From NCBI RefSeq assembly GCF_037042905.1, contig NC_087245.1, forward strand, positions 27,654,001 to 27,718,000: a DNA stretch of 64,000 nt. The letters are read 5' to 3'. The DNA is from Lytechinus pictus (Eukaryota). The position numbers and the translations under genes were made by a program. The notes under the pieces are model-generated. The model was not told where the DNA came from and ran no database searches. It saw only the letters and a program-made list of their open reading frames with translations. Every line of letters starts with the position of its first letter. Within the stretch, counting starts at the first letter, position 1. Shown one piece after another: positions 63,562-64,000 of this stretch.

Positions 63562-63862
63562 TTAAGCTTGTTGGATTTGTTCTCTCTTTGTTAAAATAAG
63601 CTTGTTATTTCCAACTTGGGTAAACTTCTTTTAAGTGTAAAAGTCTTTTTTTTTCATTTGGAAAAATACTAAGATATTTGACATGATTGCAAACTGTAAC
63701 AAAATACATTTATACATAGCTCTAAATAAAAAATACACTGTATATGAAAAACTAATAGCCAAAACATTATGCCTGACTTATTGGAGACAATTAAAGAAAA
63801 GAGGGGATATAAGTGATTGCATTTTTAATGCTCTTTGTTTCTTATTTCTTTAAATTTAACAG

Positions 63863-63907
63863 ATTGAGAGAGTTATCTGAGAAACTGTACAGGCAACCAG
63901 CACCATG
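63863..63907 (+). CDS. UBR5: UBR5 coding exon 2 (gene continues beyond the window)
   Basis: Acceptor tttctttaaatttaacAG. Phase 2 completes Arg (AG+A), then LRELSEKLYRQPAP (human LREVSEKL). Donor ATG|GTAAGT. Confidence 0.9.
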
Positions 63908-64000
63908 GTAAGTGTCTGTGTGATCCCCTTTTCAGGGCTAAAATTAATCCAAGGCCAACAAGGATATTGCCTTTTGGATGCCCTTTTGATTGGCGTCGAA

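Noticed and set aside
63901..63913. CACCATG|GTAAGT as the start codon of a new gene
   Set aside because: The exon is better explained as phase-2 UBR5 exon 2 (RLRELSEKL).

Overview
Repeat-rich animal genomic DNA, AT-rich outside the repeats. The repeat repertoire and peptide style suggest a sea urchin or other echinoderm (inference). Two spliced genes, both on the + strand, are missed or fragmented by the ORF track. (1) A two-coding-exon neuropeptide precursor (2823-3084 + 10689-10837, phase-1 intron of 7.6 kb, 136 aa): signal peptide, acidic spacer, KR, a 41-aa peptide whose core resembles the glucagon/GLP-1 helix, KR, then a 40-aa CRH/DH44-type peptide (predicted pyroglutamyl and amidated) followed by GRRR-stop. 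(2) The first two coding exons of the HECT E3 ligase UBR5/hyd (40702-40763 + 63863-63907), separated by a 23.1-kb intron. Between the genes lie a ~13.2-kb array of a ~30-bp minisatellite with higher-order structure, nested DNA transposons, and about 11-12 copies of an ~85-nt hairpin motif. A 5'-truncated L2/Crack-type LINE has inserted into one of those copies and carries a covarying homolog of the motif in its own 3' UTR. UBR5 intron 1 holds a hAT-like element with a nested Helentron-type element, ~120-bp and 180-bp tandem arrays, a tRNA-derived SINE and several MITEs. Most other listed ORFs appear spurious (low-complexity or repeat translations).
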